Origin: Chrysomallon squamiferum
Taxonomy: Eukaryota > Animalia > Mollusca
DNA: 64,000 nt
Direction of reading: 5' to 3'
NCBI GenBank assembly: GCA_012295275.1
Contig: CM022677.1
Span: 6,634,001-6,698,000, forward strand
Shown here: positions 1 through 12,815 of the stretch, piece after piece
How positions within the stretch are numbered: position 1 is the first letter of the stretch
Layout: each line of letters begins with the position of its first letter
The notes under the pieces: generated by a model
What the model saw: only the letters and a program-made list of their open reading frames with translations
Told to the model about the DNA's origin: nothing
The model's database searches: none
Position numbers and translations under genes: made by a program

Positions 1-559
1 TGTGATTATAAAAAAAATATATAAATAGGAGCAACCCCATGGGAAACTGCAAAATGCAGTATATCCAAAATACTTCCGACTACTAAGTTACCAATGTTAT
101 TAGTAAGGACAACATTACTCCTTTAATAAATAAAAAAATAATAAACAAATAAATAAATAAGTAAATAAATAAAACAAGAACAGAACTAAAAGGAGTAAAA
201 AATAATTATGAAAAATTTATTAACATTAAACTTATTTTAAAATTCATTCAGTCTTAGTCTTTGTTTTCTGCTCAATACTTTTATTTTTACATTATTTTTG
301 TATTAAATATTATTATTGTTAGCAATAATAGTAGGAGCAGTAGTAGTAGTAATAGTAGAAGTAGCATAGTAGAAAATATTAACGTTCTTTTTAAAAAAAA
401 ACACACAATTAAAACAGATGAGGTTCTTTGTCCAAATTAATTTACGCACGCACGCACATACACACATGCACACACACATTGTTTGAATGAATGTATTTTT
501 AAATAAAATTCTTCAAGAAAAGAGAAAATCCCACCAAACAACACCCAACTGTTTCTTCC

Positions 560-591
<32 letters not shown>

Positions 592-1242
592 TAATAACAA
601 CAACAACAACATCATAATAATAATAATAATAATAAACCATAATAAATAATAAAGAAATAAATAAATAGATAAATAATATTGTTTCTGTCCTTTTTTCAAA
701 AAGTATACTTTAATTTTCTCCATTTGACGCCCAGCTACTTTTTAAAATGACATAATCAGAAATATACAAAATAAAAAAAATAAAAATAAATACTAATAAA
801 AGAATATTTTATAATAAATAGACACTGAAGAGAATATTTTGTTGGCAGTATAATTATAAACAACACAAATTATGGATGATTTGTTTGTTTTCATCTGAAG
901 AGCTGAAATGGTGAAATATCTTAGTTGTTTGATGCACATCATAACACAGACTTTTCTTTACTAAAATTATTAAACATATATAAAATCACTATCCTTTCTC
1001 TGCCTTCACATGTAAAGGCATTTTCTTCTGCAAGGTTTTGCTTCAATAAAACTGAGTTAGTTCTGACTAATGCTGTAAAAAAACAATGAAAGATATAAGC
1101 AGACACGCACGCACACACACGCACACACACTCGCACACACACACACACATTCAAATGTCCTGTATAAAAATGAAGGGGAAATTACAAATTAGCTGCTGCT
1201 TAAATACGTAAAATACTAATGGGTTATAACACGAGTGCCACT

Positions 1243-1430
1243 ATTAATAATTTTATCGCAAATATTTATTTCACAAAAGGCTTGCTCGTAGTTCGATAAA
1301 TTTGACGTATCGGCTTACCTCGTCTAAAATGAAATCTCAAAATTCTTCATAAACTAAAATAGCCATAAAAATCAATCCTAGTTATTTAAATCAGCTGATA
1401 AGAAATTTTCAAACAAACTTTAACAAAAAT

Positions 1431-1472
<42 letters not shown>

Positions 1473-1905
1473 TATAGAATTCTACCCTTGGATTTTTCAA
1501 AAGAAATAAAAACGAAAGTAAAGCAACGTGTAATGACGACAGTGAGTAAAGTTTAACGTGTGACAAAAACAAGAAAATCGATGACTTTCCTCTACAAAAT
1601 GTGTATGCATTCAACAGTTCTTTTTAGTATTATTTTATTTATTTATTTAGAATTTTTATTTTTATTTTTTATTTTTATTCCGTACTAGAAATGAAAACGA
1701 AAACCAATAGCAAAGGTTATAGAATTATCTCCCATGATAACTTGTTCCGTTAACCAACCGATAACTCTTGAATGTTCGCTGGTTTCTCTTTACAATTAGT
1801 GTTTATAAATAGATGTTGGCAAATAAGGTAAACCGATACATCCAACTTACGGAACTATGGGCAATCCTTTCATGTGAAATAAATATGTGCAATAAAATTA
1901 GTAAT
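1243..1905. mobile_element. MITE-like element with ~85 bp diverged terminal inverted repeats
   Basis: 1243-1325 (ttaataattttatcgcaaatatttatttcacaaaaggcttgctcgtagttcgataaatttgacgtatcggcttacct) aligns to the reverse complement of ~1820-1905. The interior is non-coding, with (AAT)n. Confidence 0.55.
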
Positions 1906-2195
1906 TATTTTTTTTGGCCGACTAAGCCATAATCTGTCTAACACCCCAGTCGCCTAAACGGAACTTTGCTCGGATTTGGTGACCTGGCGATTGGTCATTT
2001 CGAGCCCTGCATTAGCATGGACCAATGATTTATAAAAAAAAAAAAAAAAAAAAATTGGAAACTGATTGTTTTCATACATAATAGTACATGTTTTAGAAGT
2101 TGAATGCTTTTTGTTTTAACGAAAAAGAGTGAAAATTTAATTTGTAACTAATTATTTTATATGGCCGGTTGACGGATCTTTAATGTTTTTTGGGG

Positions 2196-2229
<34 letters not shown>

Positions 2230-2774
2230 CTAGTTTTCAGTTGTAAAATTGCATCATAATAAGCGTTATAATCAATGTATCAATGCAATCATTGAAATAT
2301 CACGTGATCAATTTGCTTTTTACATGTAATACGACCTTTAATGCTGCCTTTTTCAGTAAATGTTATTCTTACTTTCGTATTGTTAAAATGTACTATTAAA
2401 ATGTATTAATGATAAAACCTTCCTTTTATGACTATCTGATGATATTCATTATCAAGAGCAGGTAACTCTCATTAGATAGTTTCATCTCAGTATTACTTAT
2501 TTTTCTTTTACATACATGTATGTGTTTCAGCGTGGCTTGGGTAATATTTGTAGTGAGTGTTTGATAACTTTAACTGCATTAACTTCTCTCGAACATTGCT
2601 TATTTTCTGTTTTTTGTTCTACTTCAGAACGTTTATTAAACATGAACACAAAATAATAATAAAATAAATAATAAAGAAAGAAAGAAAGAAAGAAAGAAAT
2701 AATAAAAAAAAAAAACGCCTTCATCTAACATCACGGCTGTTTACACAACAAAACTGAGATTGAGAGAAATTGTT

Positions 2775-3815
2775 TTGATGTTTGTTATCAATTCATCAAA
2801 CCTGATATTAAGTAAACAATTTTATTAACAGAAACAGGACTATACCGAAAAGGTGATATGCTAGATAAAGATTGTAGTTTCTATTGTATTGATGTTACTG
2901 ACAATATGTGATATTTTATTTGTATGACTGTAGTAACATCAGATTCCGCGACATAATTTACATCTCTCTCTCTACATGAAATTACATGATTAACCTAAAA
3001 TTCAGAGGTTATTTATCAATTATGTAATTAAAAATATATCTGTTTCAGATTAATTTGACAAAGATTTTATTACAACAAAAAATAAGGAGCAATTTTTATA
3101 TCCTCTCTCTGAACAGTTCTAATGGAACTAACATATATAGGAAGCTTCCGTTTTTACAGAAAAATAAAAAATAATAATACAGAAGTGAGAACGTGCGATA
3201 TTAAGGTGTTATTATTGTTGTCATTTTTCTATTGTTGACAAATATAATGCTTGTTATATTGATAATTACTGGTGGAGCGGTTATACTAATACCTAATGTA
3301 ATAAGGGAACTTCAGGTATAATAAGAAATATAAAGTATATTACTCTATACAACTTGCGCTGATGTACACCTTGAATATAATGGAAAAAAAAGAGAAAAAT
3401 TCGCAGTTATAATAATAAAACAAGTTAACCTTGTTAGTTCTCAGCTAATCACTACAAACTGTCGTGATTCCAGGGAATTAACTCCGAGATGTTTAAATGT
3501 AACCTGTACGATATTAACAATATCTGACATTAACATTTCTCAACATACTTAACAGTAAAAATCACCGCTCAGCCAGCAATTAATTCTCACGTTTTTCTTT
3601 TTACACGTAATTAAGCCGCTTATTTTCATTACGCCATGTAAAATTATCAGTTATGATTGTCAGTAATATCTAACAGACTATCTGTGATTATGAATATTTT
3701 GTATATTATAACATTTAAGTTCGACGTACAGTAAAATTACACCTTTTTAGTTCACGATTTAGATTATCACATTACTTTTACTAAAACGGACGTTTCGTAT
3801 CTGCATCTCAAGTTA
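2775..3815 (+). repeat. Left copy of a ~1 kb dispersed repeat; the inverted copy is at 48863-50150
   Basis: Colinear reverse-complement matches, e.g. attccgcgacataatttacatctctc..tacatgaaattacatgattaa (2943-2993) vs 49915-49962, gcaacttgcgctgatgtacac-like 3350-3369 vs 49315-49335, and aaaacggacgtttcgtatctgcatct (3783-3808) vs 48870-48896. Confidence 0.85.
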
Positions 3816-4104
3816 TTTTCATATATATATATATATATACTGTTCTTTTTCCTGTATAATCTCTAATATTGTTAATTAAAAAACAACATACTCTGTATTT
3901 TCTAAAACAATAGTTAATATTACCGCTACACCTCTGTTGAGAAACTAATGACGTCTAATACAGATAGTGATGGCTGCGTTAAAACTGCAAGTGATATTTT
4001 CATGACGCTGAGTCAAGTATCTGTGTGTGTCTCTGTGTCTGCTGAACATTAATCTTACCTTTCAGCAACTTCTTGTCAATGATCCATTTCCCCATCCACG
4101 CAGT

Positions 4105-4890
4105 AATCAGGTGTACATCAAGACGCTAAGAACAATACTGGAACGACGGCAATGACGGCCTCATTAATAGATATGTTTTAAATGTCGGATGTGTACACTA
4201 GTTGTAATACTTAATAAAAGGCAAAAGAATAAGTTGAACGTTGAAAACAACGCCGTTACGACGGTGATGACGACGACATTAATAAACGTAATAATAATTT
4301 TTTAATATAGGACGGGCCGGGTCAGAAAATATAAATAACTGCGAATAAAAAAGCTAAAAGGAATGATGAGGAGTGCACCAATAACTTCAGGAACGGCGTC
4401 CGTACTATGTGAACGATGGCGACATTAATAGAAATCACAACAACATATTTCAATAGGTGATTCGCCCTCTCAGAAAGTATGAGGAATGATTAATAAAAAA
4501 AGCTAAAGAATAATGAGACCTCTACGAAAGCTAGAAACAACGCCGTTACGACGGCGACGATGGTGATATTGATAGAAATGGTAATAATACATTTTATTAT
4601 AACATTTGAACACTAAAAAAGGTATCAATAATACTTAATAAAAATGAAAACAACGCCGTTACGACGGTAGCGACGGCGACATTAATGGAAATACAGGAGG
4701 CGCACGGCCACAAAATAAGAGAACAGCGAATAAAAAACGAAAAAGAATAACGAGATGTACACCAAGACGTTAAGAACAATACTGGAACGACGGCAATGAC
4801 GGCCTCATTAATAGAAAGAGTAACGATATTTTTTAACGTAGGATGTGGACACGAATTGCCATACTTAATGAAAGTGAAAAGAATATTTTT
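4105..4890 (+). repeat. Degenerate CpG-rich satellite array, ~110-150 bp monomer, about 6 copies
   Basis: Recurring core aacaacgccgttacgacggcgacga..gacattaatagaaat at ~4131, 4246, 4390, 4536, 4649 and 4774. Segment 4110-4230 recurs at 4757-4885. Confidence 0.85.
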
Positions 4891-5756
4891 TATTTTTTTC
4901 AGAGCAGATGTTTTCAGATGTATTGGTAAATTCCTGGACAATAATAAGCAACTTATTCTAGTGTGAGTTGTAAGCTTTGTGGTTTTATTTGACATTAATA
5001 TAAATTATAAGAAGAAAGAAAAAGTAGGTTAAAAAAAAATAACAACACCGTTTATTTGAAGTTTACGGTGAACGATTGGCTAATAATAAAAAATATAAAT
5101 AAATAAAAAAATAAAAAAAAGAACCACATCGATTTATAATTAGTATATTTTTATAAATTATTTTATTTTATTTGTTTTGAACATTAATTTAATATTTTTT
5201 TTTTATTATTATTTTTTTTTTAGTACCTTATTTGCGGAAAAATGCGGGATGATTTCGGTCTTTGCGGATTTACTTTCTTGTCAGATGTTCGAAGAATATT
5301 CTACAGAATTGGGATAATCGCATTACCATGCAACAAAAAAAGTTGCTTAATGTATTTCATTTTGTGAAGGAGACAGGTATTACTATTTATTATTATAGTT
5401 GTTAATGTGTTTGGATATTTTTCGTTTTATTTAATTATAATTTAAAAGTCATACACGTGATGGCAGCCATCTTATTTTGGAATAATATTTATTTATTTAT
5501 TTATTTTCATTTTTATTTTTTTATTGTTGAAAATAACGACACTCGATTAATAATAAAATTCACCAGTGGTTGTACTAATGTGAACAGCATTAACAACGTC
5601 ATATAAATAAGAAATCATGTTTAGTCTTTAATTTTGTTTTACCAATCACTGTTTGATACATCGGTGGCAAATTTTGTGTGACCAGTAATTAAATTTGACT
5701 TGTATAGCATACATCACACGACAACTATGTGTCAACTGTCAAAGGATTTATTTATT

Positions 5757-5802
<46 letters not shown>

Positions 5803-7132
5803 TTTTGAAATAAACTAATAAAACATTTAAAAAAATATGCTAATTTTGTTTCACAGGTTGTTTTCTGTCAGTTTTTTTTTTATGATTTTTGTTTTTAAAT
5901 TCATGTTAAATTCATGCTCTATACATTATTAAACATATTTAATTGATTTTTTAAACATATTAAAGGTTATAATGGGTGGGGCTATAAATGGTTTCATTAT
6001 TTAAGCTAAATACCTGTATAGCTCTATGTTAACAATAAAAACAAATAAAGATAAATAAAAATTTAAGAAAAATATGACCAGGTTATTTCATATGTAAACA
6101 CTGTAAAATATTAATAAAATTATTTTTTATAATAATATTTAACACACACAAATAATATGTTATCCTAAGTGATAACTGTTCTTTGTTTCCCTTCTTTTCT
6201 TAATTGTCAATTTTAATTTATTTGAATTTTGTTTTGTTTTGTTCTATTTCCTTCTTTTTTATCTTCTTATTATTAGTACTACTTTTTGTTATTATTATGT
6301 TTTATTTTTTATTATTATTTTTTTAATCTTTATTATTATTATTAGTCATTTTCTTTTTCTTATCATTACTAATATTTGTTTATTTGGGATGTTTTCCAGG
6401 ACATATGGAGAAAATGTTCCAAATGAATTTAAAGAATTTTCTATGAAAAATCAGATGTGAATGAAACATTTTATAAATTTCTCATCCTGCTACACAATCA
6501 TTGACCAGAGCCACAATGTAGAGTGCAAGTGCTGCTGGAATATCTATAATATAATATATCGATGGTTTATATTCAGCATGGACAGGAACAAGAAGGAAAG
6601 GGCAGAGCACCACTGAAGTCTGCAGTTTTGTGAAAACAAGCTGATGCTGGTAAAAAACTTCATCTGCTACGCTGTCAAACAAAATCACTTGGCAGATGAC
6701 TGCGATGGCTGTGCATGACTGTGCAAAGACAACAGACAGGAAGTTGAGCAGCAGGTGACGTCTGAGCTTGCCGCTCTGAGAATGAAGCTGGATGTGAAGA
6801 TAAAGAAAACAGAGAGAAGAAAACAGAGGCTGTAGCTGCAGCAGAACAAGATGAGACTTGGGAAGGCAGCGTTCATGAGAGTGATGTCTCGCCACATTGA
6901 TGATTCAAATGACCAGGCTAGTCCAGTACCTGATTCAGAGTGGTACCAATGCAACCAGGTCCCTGTCCCCTACTTCAGCATCACAAAAATCCAGCCATTT
7001 TCCAAAGAAGGGATAAAAGAGACTAATGATAATGTGAATCAACAGATAATGTGAATCAAGTAATGTGTCAGGCCTTTGTTAGAATGTTTTCAGAAACCTC
7101 TCAACAGTGGCATGGTATGTTTTATTAGTTTA

Positions 7133-7169
<37 letters not shown>

Positions 7170-7993
7170 AATATTGCATGAATGATAATAATCAAAATAA
7201 AATATGCCTTTATCAGACAAATGTAGATTGATTAAAAAAAAAAGTATTATGTTCATGTTGGAATTTCTTAAAACTTTGTTTACCGTTGATGTTAAATATT
7301 TTATGTAGGTCATTGCAGTAGTGTTCAGCTGCTGTCTAGAAAGGGAATTTACATTATGGAGAAGGATGAATCAGCTGTACAGAAACTGCAGACTGCACAA
7401 TTCAAAGTTGTGAGTTTTTTTTTATTTTAATTTTTTTTTTTTCTTATTTTTATTTCTTAGCAAGTAAAATAAGTTGTATAGTAACAACTCTTTACTGATT
7501 GTAAAATAGCATAATAATAATCATTTGTTTCCTGTTGTTTTGATAATTATTTAAATTATTACCATTATCATTATAATGATTATACAAAGTATATCAAAAA
7601 TAACCCACACCCCTTTGTGTCTGAATAATCCAGTAACTCGTACCAGTACAATTTAAATTTTAATAATAACAGAAACATTAGTTATTTATTTATAACACTT
7701 TATTATTTTTATTTTCAGATTGCACATACAGCTCTGATTGATGTGCTGTTGTTGACTAGTGAAGTTGTTTCAGTAGAAGGTGCTGTCCAGCACTGAGGAT
7801 AAAGTTTGTACTGCTGCCACTGGAAAAGAGAAAAAAAAAAACAACAACTGAACAGGTGAATTTGAGTTTGTTTTCTTATGTATTTCTCATTATTCTAAAC
7901 CGAATGCAGTTTAATTTAAATTAATGTAGGAAGTTGCATTTTGTATACATGCACTTACAGTAGAATCTTGTATCATACACTGCATTTTAATTC

Positions 7994-7995
7994 AT

Positions 7996-8084
<89 letters not shown>

Positions 8085-8100
8085 AACACATACACACACA
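7994..8100. repeat. Compound (CT)n(CA)n microsatellite
   Basis: Direct observation. Confidence 0.95.
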
Positions 8101-8430
8101 ACAGTTCCATTCATATAAACCTGATTATTTTGTTGTAAATTTCTACATTTTAAAACAAAAGAAGAAGGAGCAACTGTCAGCCTTCACACAGTGTCACTGT
8201 TCCTGTGATGACAGACACACTAAAATACACTGGAGATGGATGTACTGTAGCTGTTGTCTAGAGTTTCTATTGTCTGCAGTCTCTCAGTTTTCATGGATTG
8301 TTTAAGAGCACAATGTTTGTAAATAAAATATTGAATCAGGATGTTGCATGTTAAATATATGAGTCTTAATAACTAGTTAATCAACAAAATATAATATTAG
8401 ACCTGGTTTTCATTTTTGTTGTTGAATATG

Positions 8431-8500
<70 letters not shown>

Positions 8501-10194
8501 ATAGTGAAGAGAGTAAAAAATATCATTTTTATTATTAATTGATAGTAATTTTAGTAATAGGAGTATTATTTCAATAACTAATCCTAGCTGAATAAGAAAT
8601 AATAGTAAATAGTAGTTATAGTAATGATGGCTATACAAATAGTATAGTAATTGCAGTAAATGTAGTAGTAGCAGTATTTTATATTTTATTTATTTATTTA
8701 TTTATTTACTCAGACTAGGCATCCACCAATGAGATGTGTCAGCAATGTACTAAACTGTGGATTTAAACTGTTTATTTTCAGAAGTTAAATCAGCTTGTTA
8801 AGGATAAAAATATTCAAGAAATTGTTGATAAAATACAAACTCTGATTGACATTTTGGAACAAAGAGCAGCTCAAGTCTCCAGTAGAGTTGAAGTATTTGG
8901 TGCTGTCCAGCAGGTATTTAAATACATTATTCATTGTAAACCTTTCCATTTTATATCAGTTTTAAATAATTCTATGCAAAATATTTTCTCATATCCTGAA
9001 TTAAACCACGTATTTGAAAATATAATACATTTGTATTTTTGTAAAATGATTTACTGAAAATTAATTTGCAAGACAGCCTAATAGAGTAGTGAACAGAACA
9101 TTTGTATAAATTTGTAATTTGATGTTATTAATATTTCACTCTAATCTGAAATACATACATTTAATACATTTAATACATACATTTAATTAATTTACTTGGT
9201 AGGGCTAAAGATATTTACATTATTTTGAAATTTATTAGGATGGAATTTTGGTGGATTTGAAAAGTGCATAAATTGGCTTGAAAGATTTAGCTTCTTTTGT
9301 TATTTTATCACATGCATGTGTAATCTTGTCTTTGTTTTAAATATATTTTAAAAATACCTAAATGATTCATACCATTAGAATACCATTTTCTTACTGTCTA
9401 ATACAATAGCTGTATAGGTTAAAAATGTTTACTTAATATTCCTGGCAGTCTTCTTAAACTGGACTAAAAGTCTAAAACACAGTGTAAATATCAAATTTCA
9501 CCAAGTTACAGAAGTATTCAAATACATTCAAACATATTTTTCATAATCTGTTTTATTGATGTCTTGCTATATTAATCCTTTTATATAAAAGTTAAAAACA
9601 TAATGTTAATCTGATTGCAAATAAGAATATAAAAACATTTAATAAATTATTTTTATTAAAAGTATATGGAAAAAATAAAAATATAGACTAAAACTCTTCT
9701 TGCTAAGACAGAGAACTGCAGTTAGAGCTGACAACAAAAATACTACTTGCACTTTATTTTATGTTTTGTTTATTAATGAATATTATATTTTGTTGTAGGA
9801 TGCTAGACAACAGATTCAAGCTGCCTTAGCCAGCACTTCAGTTGAAAATGTTGTAAGACCCATTTTCAGACAAAGTTCACTAGATCACCAGAATGCTATT
9901 ACATCACAGTCTTCCCTGTCCAGAGAAAGCTCAACACTTTCAAGAGAAAATCTGTCTGAAATGTAATTTGAATTTCTAACACTCAGTGATCTCCAAGAGA
10001 CTGCATTGTCAATGTGATCAGAACATCCAGTGTACACATTGTACTTCATAGCAGCTTGCACTGTTTTTATCATTGATGTGTGCTTGGTTATTCTAATTTT
10101 TCTCACTGAAAGAGGAATGGAGATTCATCACTGCTATGGAATGCCATCTTTGTAAATAAGCTAAAATTAATGTTATAGTGCATAGGGGTGTTAG

Positions 10195-10700
10195 TATTTT
10201 TATATTATTTAAATCAGGGGAAAATGAAGGGTTTGCTGGCAGGGTATCAGTGTGTAAATATATTTAACATTTTGTAATTAAGGGTTTGATTATATGTAAA
10301 AAAACAATAAAACTGATTATTTTATGTTTTTATTTTATATATTATTTAAATTGGTGGAAATTCAAGGGTTTGCTGAGGGTAATGAATGTAAATATAATTG
10401 AAGATTGTCTAATTAGGGGTAGTCAGAATTTTTTTTTTTAAAAACCAATGAAACAAAAAGAAACAATTTTATTTCTTTATATTATTTAAATCAGGGAAAA
10501 TCAATGTTTTGCTGGGGATAATCAACGTAAATTGAAAATTATGTAATTAGGGTAATTAGAAGTTTTTATAAAAAACAAAGAAAAAAGTGTTTTCTTTATA
10601 TTTAAATCAGGGGCAATCAAAGGTTTGCTGGGCGTAAGCAATGTGAATATAATTGAAGATTATGTAAATAGGGGTAGTTAAAAATGTTTTATTTTAATAT
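10195..10700 (+). repeat. Intronic ~120-140 bp tandem repeat, 4 copies (cluster 1)
   Basis: tatattatttaaatcaggggaaaatcaagggtttgctgg..aatgtaaatataattgaagattatgtaattagggg at ~10201, 10338, 10478 and 10597. Confidence 0.9.
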
Positions 10701-12559
10701 TTATTTCCATATTCAATGCATTAGAGGTGGTACAAAAATGTTAGTTAAAAATTAGTTATTTGACTAAAATGCCTCACATTTTTTGACAACGAATTCTTTT
10801 CAATTTACAGGTTGAAACTGTCAAGTCCATGTCAGATTTTGTATTTCTTTTAAACACTTGGTCAATGACAGAGTTTTTCAGATCTCACTGTCTTCCTTAC
10901 AGTACAAGAAAGGTCAGTGCTGAAGATTCAGAGGAGAATTCACAGTTTTATGGATTTCAGCTTTGAGAAATATTAGTGGTATTTGTATTATTATTATTAT
11001 TATTACATTTTCATGTTATGTTTGTATTGCTTAACTTTAACATATTTTTCATTCTTCTTGTTTAGTATTAGAAACTCTTTCATAAAGAAATATTTTCACT
11101 TATCTTTATGAATTTAGATTATAAAAGACCCTTTTTTAAGTTGACCAGAATTTAAAATTTACAGTTTGTATTGATCCTGTTCTTTTAGAGATCTAAATTT
11201 ATATTTAAATTATTTGTTATTTATTATTAAACCCTATTATAATAATTTCTTTCTAACATTACAGACAATTAAACTCAATGGAAAAATACTTATTATTTTA
11301 TTAAATTTTATTATTGTATCTACAGGAAAGACATTATTCTGGAATCAACTTCAGTTACAAGAATATGGAGAAGACTATACAGGTTGCTTCAAACAGTTTA
11401 GATATCTACTATATAGACCAAGTTTCCAGACAGAGAAATTGTTGACAATATACATCAGTGTTGATTGATTGTTCTCCAATAGTTAACAGTGGATGATTCT
11501 TGATTATTATGTAATGAAACAAAAAAATTCCACTATAATGACTAAGGACACTGCAAAAACTCGGTGCACTTCTACTTTACAGATTAGTGCAGAAAAAATG
11601 AAAAGATGTGGAGCAATGATATTTACACATAGACAACAAGCAGGTTCCAGCTCAAAGTTGTTTTCAACTGACGGCGCCCTTAGTCTTTGTTTATACCACA
11701 AAGGGACACATGTCTGAGTTAAAGAGCTTGAGTGGAAATTCATTAGGTAACAAATTATTTTTGTATTTTTCAGTAAAAAATTATTTTTTAATACAGAATA
11801 TTAAAATGGAAGCTTGCAAATATTTGAGATTTATTATGTTTATTTTTGTTACTATACACATACACAGGAGGAAAAATAACACTTGCTAATAGCTTCTTGT
11901 ATTTTATAGTAGTAAACAGTTGTGTTATTATTTGTGTCAGAGATGTAATTAGCACCAAAAACATTGGCAGCAATAGCAGTAATAGTAGCAATAGCATCAG
12001 CAGTAGTAATTATAACAGCTACTACTGTATCAAAAAACCCAGCTAGAAACAGTAGTAGTAGTAATAATAATAATAATAGCTAACCTTGTAGGATATTGAT
12101 AATAAAAACTAATGTAGTAGTGTGGTAAAGGAGTTATCATAACTGTAGTTGTAGTAGGTAGTAGTAGCAGCAGTAGTAATAATAATAATAGCAGCTATGT
12201 AGTTTTAATAGAGGTGCAGTAGGAACAGTAGTTGTAGTTGCAATAGATTTTTTGAATGCTCTATTCCACATTTTCTGATACACAGGAATAGTATAATTGC
12301 TAGATCAATTTTTAATACTAGCTCCTGTTAAATAAAGTAATTAATTATTCGATGTATTAATTTAAAACAGGTGATAAATTAGTAACAGCTGTAGTTAAAT
12401 TATATTTTCTTTTTACAATATTTTTGTTATTTTTAATTAATTACTTTTTATATTTGTTACAATTTTGCTGTTGAATTTGATTTTTTAATTCATTGTTACT
12501 GTTTCTTGGTAAATAAAAAAAGAGATACAAAATTTTGTACTTAGAAGTAATTCGAATTT

Positions 12560-12815
12560 GTTTATAAAAAAAAATACACAAAAAACATTTCTTCTATCTT
12601 TTTTTTAAATATTATTTAAATCAGAGGAAAATCAAAAGTTTGCTGGCGTAATCAATGTAAATATAATTGAAGATTATGTAATTAGGGGTAATCTGAATTT
12701 TTTATGAAAAAAAAGAAAAGGATTTTGTTTTCTTTTTATTATTTAAATCTGGAGAAATCAAGGGTTTGCTGGGGATAATCATTGTCTAAATATTTTTAAA
12801 ATGATGTAATTATGG
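12560..12815 (+). repeat. Two further copies of the same ~130 bp repeat (cluster 2)
   Basis: attatttaaatcagaggaaaatcaaaagtttgctggcg (12611) and attatttaaatctggagaaatcaagggtttgctggggataatc (~12738). Confidence 0.9.

Larger units (their letters stand above)
6400..11746 (+). pseudogene. Unidentified multi-exon gene remnant (exons ~6400-7114, 7309-7409, 7719-7855, 8782-8913, 9799-~10130, 10811-~10978, 11325-11746)
   Basis: GC-richer blocks are bounded by polypyrimidine-AG acceptors and GT donors (e.g. ttatgtag|GTCATT..AAAGTT|gtgagt; ttttcag|AAGTTA..CAGCAG|gtattt). Some exons are open (HCSSVQLLSRKGIYIMEKDESAVQKLQTAQFKV; KLNQLVKDKNIQEIVDKIQTLIDILEQRAAQVSSRVEVFGAVQQ), while others carry several in-frame stops. 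Family not recognised. Confidence 0.65.

Noticed and set aside
437-2724. Short ORFs rich in Y/I/L/V/C
   Set aside because: They are products of (AAT)n, (CA)n and poly-T tracts, with no splice or domain support.
4105-4890. Repeat-spacer (CRISPR-like) architecture and the 132 aa minus-strand ORF
   Set aside because: The intervening sequences are homologous to each other, so this is a degenerate satellite, and the ORF is incidental.
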